Origin: Myxococcota bacterium
GTDB lineage: Bacteria > Myxococcota_A > UBA9160 > UBA6930
DNA length: 64,000 nucleotides
Reading direction: 5' to 3'
Assembly (NCBI GenBank): GCA_965223705.1
Contig: OZ245015.1
Coordinates: 2,848,001 to 2,912,000, forward strand
Both the position numbers and the translations under genes were made by a program. Position 1 is the first letter of the stretch. Every line of letters begins with the position of its first letter. Positions 19,471 through 28,544 of this stretch are shown here, piece after piece. The notes under the pieces are model-generated. The model made no database searches and was not told the origin of the DNA. It saw only the letters and a list, made by a program, of their open reading frames with translations.

Positions 19471-20379
19471 TTATGGGACCGCCACGCGAGGAACTCGGGA
19501 CGAGAGCACGAGGCCCAATGCGATGGCCAGCGCCCCGACCCAATGGAAAACTGCCAAGTGCTCGCCCAGGAAGACAATTGCGAGAAACGTCCCGAAAAGC
19601 GGGACCATGTGTTGAAACGAGCCCGCCACGCTCGGGCCGACGATGCCCACCGCGCGGTTGAACAAGATGAACGCAACAGCGGTCGGGAACACGCCGATAT
19701 AGACGACGCCGAGCCACGCCCGGGTGTCGTCCGGGAAGCCCCTCTGGCCGACCTCCCAGAGGAAGAACGGCGCGAGAAAAATCGCCGCCAGTAGGTAGAT
19801 CGCCACCAGGAAGAGATACGGAGAGAGGGCCGGATCTTTCCGGCGCACAGCGACGGTGTAGATCGACCAGCAGAACATTCCCCCGAGCATCAGGAGATCG
19901 CCGGGGACGAACGAGAGCGACGCGAGGAGCCGCGGATCGCCCCGGGTCGCGATGAGCACCACGCCGAGGAACGAAACCCCCATGCCGACCGCTTGTGAAA
20001 CGCGCAACCTCTCACGCAGAGCGAAGAAAGCGATGACGGGAATCACAGCTGGACACAGCGATACCGTGAGCGCAGCGTTGATCGCTGTCGTCGTGTGAAG
20101 CGCGTGGTAGACGAGACCGTTGAAGAGCGCCGTGCCGAAAACACCGGCGATCGCCACGAGCCGAGCGTGGTCGCGCAGCCGCGAGAGATTCTCCGGTGCG
20201 TCCCGCAATGCCAGCGGCAACAGCACCACGGCACCCACCGCGTTTCTGAAGAACGCGAGGGTATAGGGCGGAACGTCTTCGTGGAGTCCGCGACCGAAGA
20301 CCACGTTTGTGCCCCACAAGAAGCCGCAAAAAACGAGACTCGTCCTCGCGAACCGGTCGACGGAGGACGCTTCTCCCAT
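19471..20379 (-). CDS. DMT/EamA family transporter
   Basis: ~10 hydrophobic segments; LWGTN, LAFFR, GDLLML, LGE motifs. Confidence 0.9.
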   Translation of the reverse strand: MGEASSVDRFARTSLVFCGFLWGTNVVFGRGLHEDVPPYTLAFFRNAVGAVVLLPLALRDAPENLSRLRDHARLVAIAGVFGTALFNGLVYHALHTTTAINAALTVSLCPAVIPVIAFFALRERLRVSQAVGMGVSFLGVVLIATRGDPRLLASLSFVPGDLLMLGGMFCWSIYTVAVRRKDPALSPYLFLVAIYLLAAIFLAPFFLWEVGQRGFPDDTRAWLGVVYIGVFPTAVAFILFNRAVGIVGPSVAGSFQHMVPLFGTFLAIVFLGEHLAVFHWVGALAIALGLVLSSRVPRVAVP

Positions 20380-20468
20380 GGGGCGCCGACCCTAGCAGAG
20401 GCGCCCGCCGGAAGCGCGAACACAAGTCCAGTAGACTGGGAGACGCAACCTCCAAAGCCAAGGACACC

Positions 20469-21653
20469 ATGATCGACTTCAGCCCGCCCGACGAACTCCT
20501 GGCCCTGCGCGACAAAGTCGCGACGTTCGTCCGAAACGAAATCGTCCCCATGGAGAAGGACCCCCGCCAAGGACCTCATGGTCCCGAGGAATCGCTGCGC
20601 CAGGATCTCGTCGGCAAAGCACGGGACGCGGGGCTCCTCTCCCCGCACGCGCCTGCCGAATGGGGCGGCCTGGGTCTCGACAACATCGGCAACGCCCTGG
20701 TTTTCGAGGCCGCCTGTTACTCGCCGCTCGGCTCCTTGGCCCTCAACATCCAGGCCCCCGACGAGGGAAACGTCCACCTCCTCGACAAAGTCGCGACGGA
20801 CGCGCAAAAGGAACGCTGGCTCCGACCGTTGGCCGAGGGCCGCATCCGCACCGTCTTTCACATGACGGAGCCCGACGGCGGCGCGGGCTCGGACCCGTCG
20901 CTGCTCCGAACCGAGGCGCGAGAAGACGCCGACGGGTGGCTCATCAACGGACGGAAGTGGCTGATCTCCGGAATCGGTGCCCCGGGCGTCGGCCTCAATA
21001 TCATCATGGCGAAGACGCTCAGCGCCTCGGGTGAAGACCTCGGAGCATCGATGTTCCTCCTCGACGGCGAAGTTCCCGGGATGGAGATCGTGCGAACGCT
21101 CGACACGATGGACAGCAACACCGTCGGCGCGCATTGCGAAGTCACCTACGACAACGTCCGCGTCCCGAAAGATCAGATCCTCGGAGAGCCCGGGAAGGGC
21201 TTTCGCTACGCCCAGATTCGCCTCGCACCCGCTCGGCTGACCCACTGCATGCGCTGGCTCGGTCAGGCTGTCCGGTGCCACGAGATCGCCGTCGAGTACG
21301 CGCGAACCCGCACGGCGTTCGGCAAGCCGATCGGTGAGCACGAAGGGGTTGGGTTCCAGCTGGCGGACAACGAGACGGACCTGCATCTGGCACGCCTCGC
21401 GACCTGGCACTGCGCTTGGGTCCTCGATCAAGGGCACAAAGGCCGTCGCGAAAGCAGCCTTGCGAAAGTCTTTGTGTCGGAGGCGTTGTGTCGTGTCGTC
21501 GACCGATGTGTCCAGGTACTCGGCGGCTTGGGCATCACCGCCGATACGATCGTCGAGGCGACGTACCGCGACATCCGCGCGTTTCGTATCTACGACGGCC
21601 CTTCCGAAGTCCACCGCTGGGCGCAGGCGCGCGACATTCTTCGAGGGGCCTGA
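20469..21653 (+). CDS. Acyl-CoA dehydrogenase
   Basis: APDEGN, MTEP..AGSDP, INGRKWLISG, RLAPARLTHCMRWLG, RAFRIYDGPSEVHR. Confidence 0.93.
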   Translation: MIDFSPPDELLALRDKVATFVRNEIVPMEKDPRQGPHGPEESLRQDLVGKARDAGLLSPHAPAEWGGLGLDNIGNALVFEAACYSPLGSLALNIQAPDEGNVHLLDKVATDAQKERWLRPLAEGRIRTVFHMTEPDGGAGSDPSLLRTEAREDADGWLINGRKWLISGIGAPGVGLNIIMAKTLSASGEDLGASMFLLDGEVPGMEIVRTLDTMDSNTVGAHCEVTYDNVRVPKDQILGEPGKGFRYAQIRLAPARLTHCMRWLGQAVRCHEIAVEYARTRTAFGKPIGEHEGVGFQLADNETDLHLARLATWHCAWVLDQGHKGRRESSLAKVFVSEALCRVVDRCVQVLGGLGITADTIVEATYRDIRAFRIYDGPSEVHRWAQARDILRGA

Positions 21654-21663
21654 TCGAAGCCGC

Positions 21664-21692
21664 TTGACTTTCGCCTTTCATTCGCCTAGGTT
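21664..21692 (+). promoter_or_regulatory. Sigma-70-type promoter (-35 TTGACT, 17-nt spacer, -10 TAGGTT)
   Basis: TTGACT 21664-21669, 17 nt, TAGGTT 21687-21692. It points into a region with no credible ORF; predicted start ~21698 coincides with the first stem. Confidence 0.65.
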
Positions 21693-21697
21693 GATCC

Positions 21698-22217
21698 GGT
21701 CTCGAACGAGGGCTTTGGCCATTGGGTCCCCCCCTCTGCTTCAGAGGCCCCGCCGTACGGGTGAAGGTCCTGCTGCAGGCCAGAGCGACCTGGTCGAGAC
21801 GCCACGCTCCGCGGAGGCGGGCGGGCAACAGTCGGTGGGTTCGCACGGGTTAGATGCCCCGGCGAACGCCCGCAGAGGAAGCACGGATACGTGCCCCTCT
21901 GCCGCTAGATCTCGGTATCGGACTTGGGTCGAGATCTGACGGGGTGACACCACTCGCCGAGCTGATCCCGCCCGCTCCGCGGAGATCGGCGCGCGACCCC
22001 TCGCCCACCTTCGAAAACTTTGCGCTAGCGGCTGCTGCCACCGCAGGTGAGCGCCGCGAGACCAGCAGGATGTCCCGAGGCCGTGGCGGGTGGGGGTACC
22101 GCGCGCAGTTCCGCAGCGCCGGCGACCCGTACGAAGGATCTCGTAACCCCGTCGGCGCGAGGATGTTTGAGCACGGTGCCCCCACCCGCCACGGCCCTAC
22201 CTCGGTCTTCCGGGTAG
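21698..22217 (+). ncRNA. Candidate large multi-domain structured non-coding RNA (family not recognised)
   Basis: Three closed domains (21699-21800, 21807-21984, 22079-22196) with long stems. All wobble pairs I found are G-U on the + strand. Upstream promoter; no credible ORF. Confidence 0.65.
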
Positions 22218-22224
22218 AGCGCCG

Positions 22225-22656
22225 CTAAGTCAGCGCCTGCGCGACGTTATCGAGCGACACGTTGTAGAGCGTGGCGAAGATTTCGCGGATCTCTTCCTCG
22301 GGCTGGCCCACCGGCTCCCAAGTACTGCTCCAGGTCACTCGTGAAGTTTGGTCGCCCTCGGCGACCACCGTCATTGTGGCGACGTAGTCGACAACGGGTA
22401 GCGGACTGTCTCCGATCGCCGCGTAGCGAAAACTCATTCCGTCGTCGTCGAACGCCAAGAGCTCTTCGCTGATCCGACCGGTGAAGCCCGTGGCCGGGTC
22501 GAGATCGGCGCTGCGAACGGAGCCTACGCCCTCGCCCTCCACCTGGACCGGCCCGACGCCGGGGATCCACTTGTGCGTCCCACCCCATTCGGAAACCATC
22601 GCCCACACGCGCTCGGCCGGAGCCGAGATTGTCTTCGTCACACTGACTTTACCCAT
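22225..22656 (-). CDS. SRPBCC (polyketide cyclase-like) family protein
   Basis: ISAPAERVWAMV..W..W.P, GEGVGSVR, SRVTWS. Confidence 0.85.
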   Translation of the reverse strand: MGKVSVTKTISAPAERVWAMVSEWGGTHKWIPGVGPVQVEGEGVGSVRSADLDPATGFTGRISEELLAFDDDGMSFRYAAIGDSPLPVVDYVATMTVVAEGDQTSRVTWSSTWEPVGQPEEEIREIFATLYNVSLDNVAQALT

Positions 22657-22666
22657 GGCTCGAAGC

Positions 22667-23971
22667 CTACCCCCGCGGTTTTGGAAACGGCGCTCGCCGG
22701 CAAATGGTCTGATCGCGACCCGGGCCGATCGAAATCAGATCGACCGGTACGCCGGCGAGCACTTCGATGCGCTCGATGTACCGTTGCGCCGCGGCGGGCA
22801 ATCCGTCGAACTCCGTCACCCCGGTGATGTCTTCCGACCACCCCGGCATGACCTCGTAGACCGGTTTCGCCCGCTCCACTTCACCCAACGTCATCGGGAA
22901 GGATTCGCTCCGCTTGCCGTCGATGTCGTAGGCGACGGCAACGGGAACCTCATCGAGCCCGGACAAGATATCGAGCTTGTTGACCGCCAGAGACGTGAAT
23001 CCGTTGACGATTGCCGCCTCTCGCAACACCACGGCGTCGAGCCAACCACAGCGGCGCCTGCGGCCGGTGGTGGCGCCGAATTCGTGCCCTCGCTCGCCGA
23101 GCCACTCGCCCCGGGGGCCGGTGTCCTCGCTGGGGAACGGGCCACCCCCGACTCGCGTCGCGTAGGCCTTCGTAATGCCCAGCACGCTGTCGATCCGCGT
23201 CGGTCCGACTCCGGACCCCGTGCACACGGCACCCGCCACGCAGTTCGACGACGTCACGTAGGGATAGGTCCCGTGGTCGATGTCGAGGAAGGTTCCCTGG
23301 GCACCCTCGAACAGCACGTTCTTTCCGTCGCGGAGGGCGCGATCGAGGATGTGGCCGGTGTGATCGACGTAAGGCGCCAGGCGCTTGCCGAGTTCGAGGC
23401 ACGACTCGATCAGCCCTTCGACATCGATCGGTGAGTCGCCGTGGACATCGCGCAGCTCGCGGTTCTTGTCGGCACCCGCTGCCGACAGGACCTCGCGCAA
23501 GCGCGCCGGCTCGAGCAGATCCGCGACCCGAATTCCCCGACGCGCCACCTTGTCCTCGTAGGTCGGACCGATGCCGCGGCCCGTGGTGCCGATCGCACTC
23601 CCGCCGCGCGCGCGTTCACGCGCCTGGTCGAGCGCCACGTGCCAATCGAGGATGACGTGGGCGCGCCCGGACACGCGTACCCGAGACGGATCGCGGAGCA
23701 CGCCGCGTCGCTTGAGCTCGTCGAGCTCGTGCAGCAGTACTTCCGGGTTCACGACGACGCCGGGGCCGATCAGATTGATTGTCCCGTCCTGCAGTACACC
23801 CGACGGGACCACGTGGAGGACCGTTTGCTCGCCGTCGACCACCAACGTGTGGCCGGCGTTGTTGCCGCCTTGGAAACGCGCGACCAGCTGTGCCCGTAGC
23901 GCGAGCCAATCGACGATCTTGCCCTTCCCCTCGTCTCCCCACTGCGCCCCGACGGCGACGAGAGCGGTCAT
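22667..23971 (-). CDS. purA: Adenylosuccinate synthetase
   Basis: GAQWGDEGKGKIVD, RFQGGNNAGHT, GTTGRGIGPTY, FEGAQG, GTYPYVTSS, EFGATTGRRRRCGWLD. Confidence 0.98.
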   Translation of the reverse strand: MTALVAVGAQWGDEGKGKIVDWLALRAQLVARFQGGNNAGHTLVVDGEQTVLHVVPSGVLQDGTINLIGPGVVVNPEVLLHELDELKRRGVLRDPSRVRVSGRAHVILDWHVALDQARERARGGSAIGTTGRGIGPTYEDKVARRGIRVADLLEPARLREVLSAAGADKNRELRDVHGDSPIDVEGLIESCLELGKRLAPYVDHTGHILDRALRDGKNVLFEGAQGTFLDIDHGTYPYVTSSNCVAGAVCTGSGVGPTRIDSVLGITKAYATRVGGGPFPSEDTGPRGEWLGERGHEFGATTGRRRRCGWLDAVVLREAAIVNGFTSLAVNKLDILSGLDEVPVAVAYDIDGKRSESFPMTLGEVERAKPVYEVMPGWSEDITGVTEFDGLPAAAQRYIERIEVLAGVPVDLISIGPGRDQTICRRAPFPKPRG

Positions 23972-25557
23972 CGGCCGAGATCCAGAAGCCGCACGTCGAT
24001 CGTCGCCGGCAGATCCCTCAGACGCCGCATGGCTTCCGCGCTGGGGGCGGGTTCGACGTTGACCAGCATCGCGGCCTCACCCCGTTCCGAGATCAGCGCG
24101 AGCTGCATGCGAGAAATGTTCACGCCTTCGTCGCCAAGGAGGCTTCCGACCACTCCGACAACGCCCGGCTGATCGTGATTGTGCAGCAGAATCGTCGGTC
24201 CCTCGGGAATCGCTTCGAGCATGAAGTCGTCGATGCGAACGATTCGCGGTTGTCCGCTGTGGAAGACCGCACCGGCGATCAAGCGGATGCGGTCGCCGCT
24301 TCGCACGCGCGTGGTGATCACACTGGCGAAATCGTCGCTGCGGCTCGACTTCGACTCGACAATGCGAATCCCGCGCTCCGCGGCGAGAACCGGCGCGTTG
24401 ACCATGTTCACGCCTTCGTTGACCGGCTCGAGGAGTCCCTTCACCACCGCCACGCTGATGGGCTCCACCTGGAACTCCGCGACTTCACCGGCGTATTCGA
24501 TCTCGATTTCGTCGACGGGTCCCCCCGCGAGCTGGCCCTGAAAGCTCCCGAGCTTCTCCGCCAATCGGATGTAGGGGCCGACGCGTTCCATGAGCTCCGG
24601 CGACAGCGACGGGACATTGACCGCGTTCCGCACGACCCCGTCCTTCAAGTAATCCCGCACCTGCTCCGCCACCGCGATCGCGACGTTCAGTTGCGCCTGC
24701 CCTGTCGAGGCGCCCAGATGCGGCGTGCAGATCACCCGGTCGTGCCCGATCAGCGGGTGATCGGCCGGCGGCGGTTCCTGCTCAAAGACGTCGAGCGCGG
24801 CGCCTCCGACCTGCCCCGATTCGAGCGCGTCGAAGAGCGCCGTCTCGTCGACGATGCCACCGCGCGCCGCGTTGACGATCAACACGCCGGGTTTCATCCG
24901 CGCGAAGGCCGCCGCGTCGAGGAGACCCGTCGTATCTTTCGTGCGCGGCACATGAACGGTCAGCGCGTCGGAACGACGGAACACTTCCTCGAGAGAAGCG
25001 ATCTCGATATCGAGTTTGTTCGCGACTTCCGGCGGAATAAACGGGTCGTACGCCAGCACCTGCATCCCGAGGCCCTGAGCGCGACTCGCCACGACGCGGC
25101 CGATGTTGCCGAGGCCCAGTACGCCAAGTGTGCGGTGGTAGAGCTCGAGCCCTTGGAAACGGCTCTTGTCCCATTGACCGGCTTTCATCGACGCCGTCGC
25201 TTGCGGGATATGACGTGCTAGCGATACGAGCAGCGCCAGCGCGTGCTCACCGGTCGTGATGTTGTTGCCTTCCGGGGTGTTCACGACCACGATGCCGCGT
25301 TCGGTCGCCGCGGCGACGTCCACGTTGTCGACGCCGATTCCCGCGCGCCCGATGATGCGAAGCTCGGCCGCGGCCTCGATGACTTCCGCCGTGACTTTCG
25401 TTCCGCTGCGAATCACCAGACCGTGTGCGTCTCGGATCGCCTCGAGGAGATCTCCAGGCGAAAGGCCCGGCGAATTCACCACCTCGAGCTGCTCGGCATC
25501 CTCGAGGATCGACAGGCCTTCCTCGGCCAAGCGGTCGGTCACGAGTACTTTCGGCAA
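23968..25557 (-). CDS. serA: D-3-phosphoglycerate dehydrogenase (long form with ACT domain)
   Basis: RSGTKVT, GRAGIGVDNVD, GLGNIG, NAARGGIVDE, TPHLGAST, NHDQPGVVG; TTG 25557 after GGGGAG. Confidence 0.93.
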   Translation of the reverse strand: MPKVLVTDRLAEEGLSILEDAEQLEVVNSPGLSPGDLLEAIRDAHGLVIRSGTKVTAEVIEAAAELRIIGRAGIGVDNVDVAAATERGIVVVNTPEGNNITTGEHALALLVSLARHIPQATASMKAGQWDKSRFQGLELYHRTLGVLGLGNIGRVVASRAQGLGMQVLAYDPFIPPEVANKLDIEIASLEEVFRRSDALTVHVPRTKDTTGLLDAAAFARMKPGVLIVNAARGGIVDETALFDALESGQVGGAALDVFEQEPPPADHPLIGHDRVICTPHLGASTGQAQLNVAIAVAEQVRDYLKDGVVRNAVNVPSLSPELMERVGPYIRLAEKLGSFQGQLAGGPVDEIEIEYAGEVAEFQVEPISVAVVKGLLEPVNEGVNMVNAPVLAAERGIRIVESKSSRSDDFASVITTRVRSGDRIRLIAGAVFHSGQPRIVRIDDFMLEAIPEGPTILLHNHDQPGVVGVVGSLLGDEGVNISRMQLALISERGEAAMLVNVEPAPSAEAMRRLRDLPATIDVRLLDLGR

Positions 25558-25750
25558 AACGCGCTCCCCATCGTGCGCCGCGTCTGCGCGACCCGTTTCG
25601 GCAGCGGGGGGCCGCTTCGTTTCGGTGGTCCGGGTCGGCGCGACCCGGCCGAGGAGGCTCGCCGACCCCCGCCGGCGTGTCAAACACACGGCCGGGAATC
25701 GACGTCGCTTCACCGTCGGAGAGCCTACCTCCGCTACGCTTTACCGCCTG

Positions 25751-27031
25751 GTGAAGCGGGGAACCTTTCGAGATCCGTATCCGATCGAAACCCGGGGCCC
25801 GCTCTCGGCCGCCGTCCGTCCGCCGGGCTCTCGCAGCGTGACCAACCGCGCCCTGCTGTGTGCGGCGCTGGCGCCGGGTGTCTCGGAAGTGATCGGAGCG
25901 GGCGAAAACGACGATACCGACGCCATGCGTCGAGGGCTGCGCACGCTCGGAGCGAAGATTCAAGAGCTCGGGGACGGCTGGCGGGTCGAGGGATGCGGCG
26001 GCGTCTTTCCGGCTCGCGATGTCCGTCTGGACGTGGGCGCCTCGGGAACGACGGCGCGCTTCTTGACGGCCGCAGCAAGCCTCGCGAGCGGACGCGTGCT
26101 CCTCGACGGCAGCCCGCGGATGCGCGAGCGGCCGATCGCGGACTTGATCGATGCGATGCACGCCCTCGGGGCTGAGGCGCACATCGAAGGCATGGGCGGC
26201 TGTCCGCCGGTGCGAATCGATGGCGGCGGCCTGCCCGGCGGCACGGCACGAATCGACGCCAGCCGATCGAGTCAGTACGTCTCGGGCGTGCTGCTCGCGG
26301 CACCCTGCGCCGGCCGCGACGTGGAGCTGATTTTCAAGGACGGCAAAGTGGTTTCCTGGCCGTTTCTCGAATTGACGGCGCAGGTCATGACGGCCTTCGG
26401 CGCCAACCCGGAGCTCGATAAGCGCGGCGCGCGCGTGGCCGCCCGCGGATACCGGCCGGCCCGATTCGAGGTCGAAGCGGACTCGCAGTCGGCGGTCTAT
26501 CCGTTCTGTGCGGCCGCGATCGCGGGCGGCTCGGTCCTCGTCCGGGGCATCCCCGCGGGCTCCGAGCAGACGGACCTGGCGCTCCTCGCCGTGCTCGAAC
26601 AGATGGGCTGCTCGGTAAGCCGCGAGACCGACGCCGTCCGGGTCAGCGGTCCGAGCGAGGGCCTGCGCGGCGTCGATGTCGACATGAATCACATCCCCGA
26701 CGCCGTGCTCGCCTTGGCGGTCGTCGCGCTGTTTGCGGATGGCCCGACGCAGATTCGAAACATCGCGAACCTCCGGATCAAGGAAACGGACCGACTGAGC
26801 GCGCTCGAAACCGAACTGAATCGCCTCGGTGCCCACGCCCGCGCCGACGACGACAGCCTCCGGATCGAGCCCGGTCCGTATCGCGGGGCGCTGATCGAGA
26901 CTTACGACGACCACCGCATGGCGATGTCCTTTGCGTTGGCCGGGTTGCGGATTCCGGGTATCGAAATCCGAGATCCCGCTTGCGTTTCGAAAACTTGGCC
27001 CGGTTACTTCGAGTTCTTGTCGACTCTTTAG
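25751..27031 (+). CDS. aroA: 3-phosphoshikimate 1-carboxyvinyltransferase (EPSP synthase)
   Basis: PGSRSVTNRAL, GASGTTARF, RMRERPI, SSQYVS, LRIKETDR, TYDDHRMAMSF, CVSKTWP; start approximate. Confidence 0.95.
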   Translation: MKRGTFRDPYPIETRGPLSAAVRPPGSRSVTNRALLCAALAPGVSEVIGAGENDDTDAMRRGLRTLGAKIQELGDGWRVEGCGGVFPARDVRLDVGASGTTARFLTAAASLASGRVLLDGSPRMRERPIADLIDAMHALGAEAHIEGMGGCPPVRIDGGGLPGGTARIDASRSSQYVSGVLLAAPCAGRDVELIFKDGKVVSWPFLELTAQVMTAFGANPELDKRGARVAARGYRPARFEVEADSQSAVYPFCAAAIAGGSVLVRGIPAGSEQTDLALLAVLEQMGCSVSRETDAVRVSGPSEGLRGVDVDMNHIPDAVLALAVVALFADGPTQIRNIANLRIKETDRLSALETELNRLGAHARADDDSLRIEPGPYRGALIETYDDHRMAMSFALAGLRIPGIEIRDPACVSKTWPGYFEFLSTL

Positions 27032-27042
27032 ACGGACCACCC

Positions 27043-27759
27043 GTGGAAGCTACGGCGGCACTCAAGACATCGGCGCTGACGCGAACCTTCGGTCGACGCC
27101 GCGCCCTGCGAGACATCGACCTGACGATCGAAGCGGGCGCCTTCTTCGGCATCCTCGGCGCGAATGGAGCGGGAAAGACGACGCTGCTCCATCTCACAGC
27201 CGGCTTGCTCACGCCCTCCTCGGGCGATGTCCGAGTGCTCGGCCTCGACCCCGTCCGGCACCCCGACCGTGTCCGACATCGAATCGGTTACGTGCCCGAA
27301 GAGCCCGCCCTCTACGACGAGCTCTCCATCGAGAGACTCCTCGCATTCGTCGCGGGAGCACGCGGGCTGTCTCGGAAGACGGGTCGTAACGCGGTATCGG
27401 CTCAGATCGAACGCTTCGGTCTCGAAGATCACGCCAAGCGGGCCTGTGGCGTCTTGTCCCGGGGGCTTCGGCAACGAACGGCCCTCGCGGCGGCTTTCGT
27501 CGGCGATCCGCAACTCGTCCTCCTCGACGAACCGACCACCGGGCTCGATCCCGACGCGCGCGCGGCCGTACACGAGGGACTGTTGCGAGAGGCGGGCGAC
27601 CGCACCTTCGTGCTGTGTTCCCACGACCTGCTCGAAGTGTCCGCGTTGGCGACTGAATGCGCGCTGCTTCGGCGGGGCGAAGTCGCTTCGCGCGGGCCGA
27701 CTGCGGCCGTTCTGGCGTCGGCTTCTTGGCCGACCCAAGTCGAAGGCGCTCCGGCGTGA
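27043..27759 (+). CDS. ABC transporter ATP-binding protein (GldA-like)
   Basis: GANGAGKTT, LSRGLRQR, LLDEPTTGLDP, SH motifs. Confidence 0.9.
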   Translation: MEATAALKTSALTRTFGRRRALRDIDLTIEAGAFFGILGANGAGKTTLLHLTAGLLTPSSGDVRVLGLDPVRHPDRVRHRIGYVPEEPALYDELSIERLLAFVAGARGLSRKTGRNAVSAQIERFGLEDHAKRACGVLSRGLRQRTALAAAFVGDPQLVLLDEPTTGLDPDARAAVHEGLLREAGDRTFVLCSHDLLEVSALATECALLRRGEVASRGPTAAVLASASWPTQVEGAPA

Positions 27760-28544
27760 GCCCCTGGCTCGCTCTACTGGCGAAGGAATTGCGCGTGACC
27801 TTCGGCGCGCCGCGCTCCTATCTCGTTCTCGCACTCTTCGCACTGACGAGCGCCCTGCTCTCCTTCGATCATCTGAAGGCCTACAACCAGCTGCTCTTTC
27901 TGCACACCTCGAGCACCCTCGGCGGTTTCGACCTGGCGACCCTGCCCGACGCGCTCAATCTCCGACAGCGCGTGTTCCTCCCCTTGCTCGACAGTCTGGC
28001 CATTGCCCTGATCGCCTTGGTGCCGCTGCTCACCATGCGGGTCTTCGCCGAGGAGCGTGCGCGGGGCACCTTCACCCTGCTCGTCATGACCGGTGCCGGT
28101 GCGTGGCGGATTCTGCTCGCGAAGTTCGCGGTGATCTTCGGCTTCGTCGGTCTCGCGGCCGGAATCGCATTCCTGTATCCGGCGGTCGCGTTGATCGCGG
28201 ATGGCGGCCCCGCGCCGGAGCTTCTGGCGAGCTTCTTCGGCCTCTGGCTGTTCGCGACCGCGCTCGCCGGCATCGGACTCGCCGCTTCGGCCAGCACGGG
28301 GAGTCAGCTCGTGGCAGCCGTGCTCACCTGGGCGACATCTTTCGCCCTGTGGGATCTCTCGTGGCTCGTCGGGCTCTTGCCCGCTGCGGGGCCATTTCTC
28401 AAGCGGCTCTCCCTGCAGGAGCACTTCGTCTACTTCGCGGACGGGTGGATTGGGACGGACGACGTCGCGTTCTTCCTCGGACTCTGTGTCGTCGGTCTCT
28501 GCGCAACGCGGCTCGCCCTCGCGACGGCGCGGGTCGCAGGATGA
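27756..28544 (+). CDS. ABC-2 permease (GldF-like)
   Basis: KELRVTF, PLLTMRVFAEERARGT, ILLAKF, six TM segments; GTGA overlap with upstream gene. Confidence 0.88.
   Translation: MSPWLALLAKELRVTFGAPRSYLVLALFALTSALLSFDHLKAYNQLLFLHTSSTLGGFDLATLPDALNLRQRVFLPLLDSLAIALIALVPLLTMRVFAEERARGTFTLLVMTGAGAWRILLAKFAVIFGFVGLAAGIAFLYPAVALIADGGPAPELLASFFGLWLFATALAGIGLAASASTGSQLVAAVLTWATSFALWDLSWLVGLLPAAGPFLKRLSLQEHFVYFADGWIGTDDVAFFLGLCVVGLCATRLALATARVAG

Noticed and set aside
21698..22217. Identity as RNase P RNA, tmRNA, SRP RNA or tRNA
   Set aside because: No GAGGAAAGUCC/P4 motif, no tRNA-Ala-like ends with CCA, no SRP GGAA-loop/AGCAG motif, and no T-loop cloverleaf on either strand.
21741..22228. Short ORFs 21854..22228 (+), 21850..22185 (-), 21741..21953 (-)
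   Set aside because: No RBS, no motifs, and Arg/Pro/Ala-rich composition typical of GC-rich non-coding sequence; the RNA structure explains the region better.
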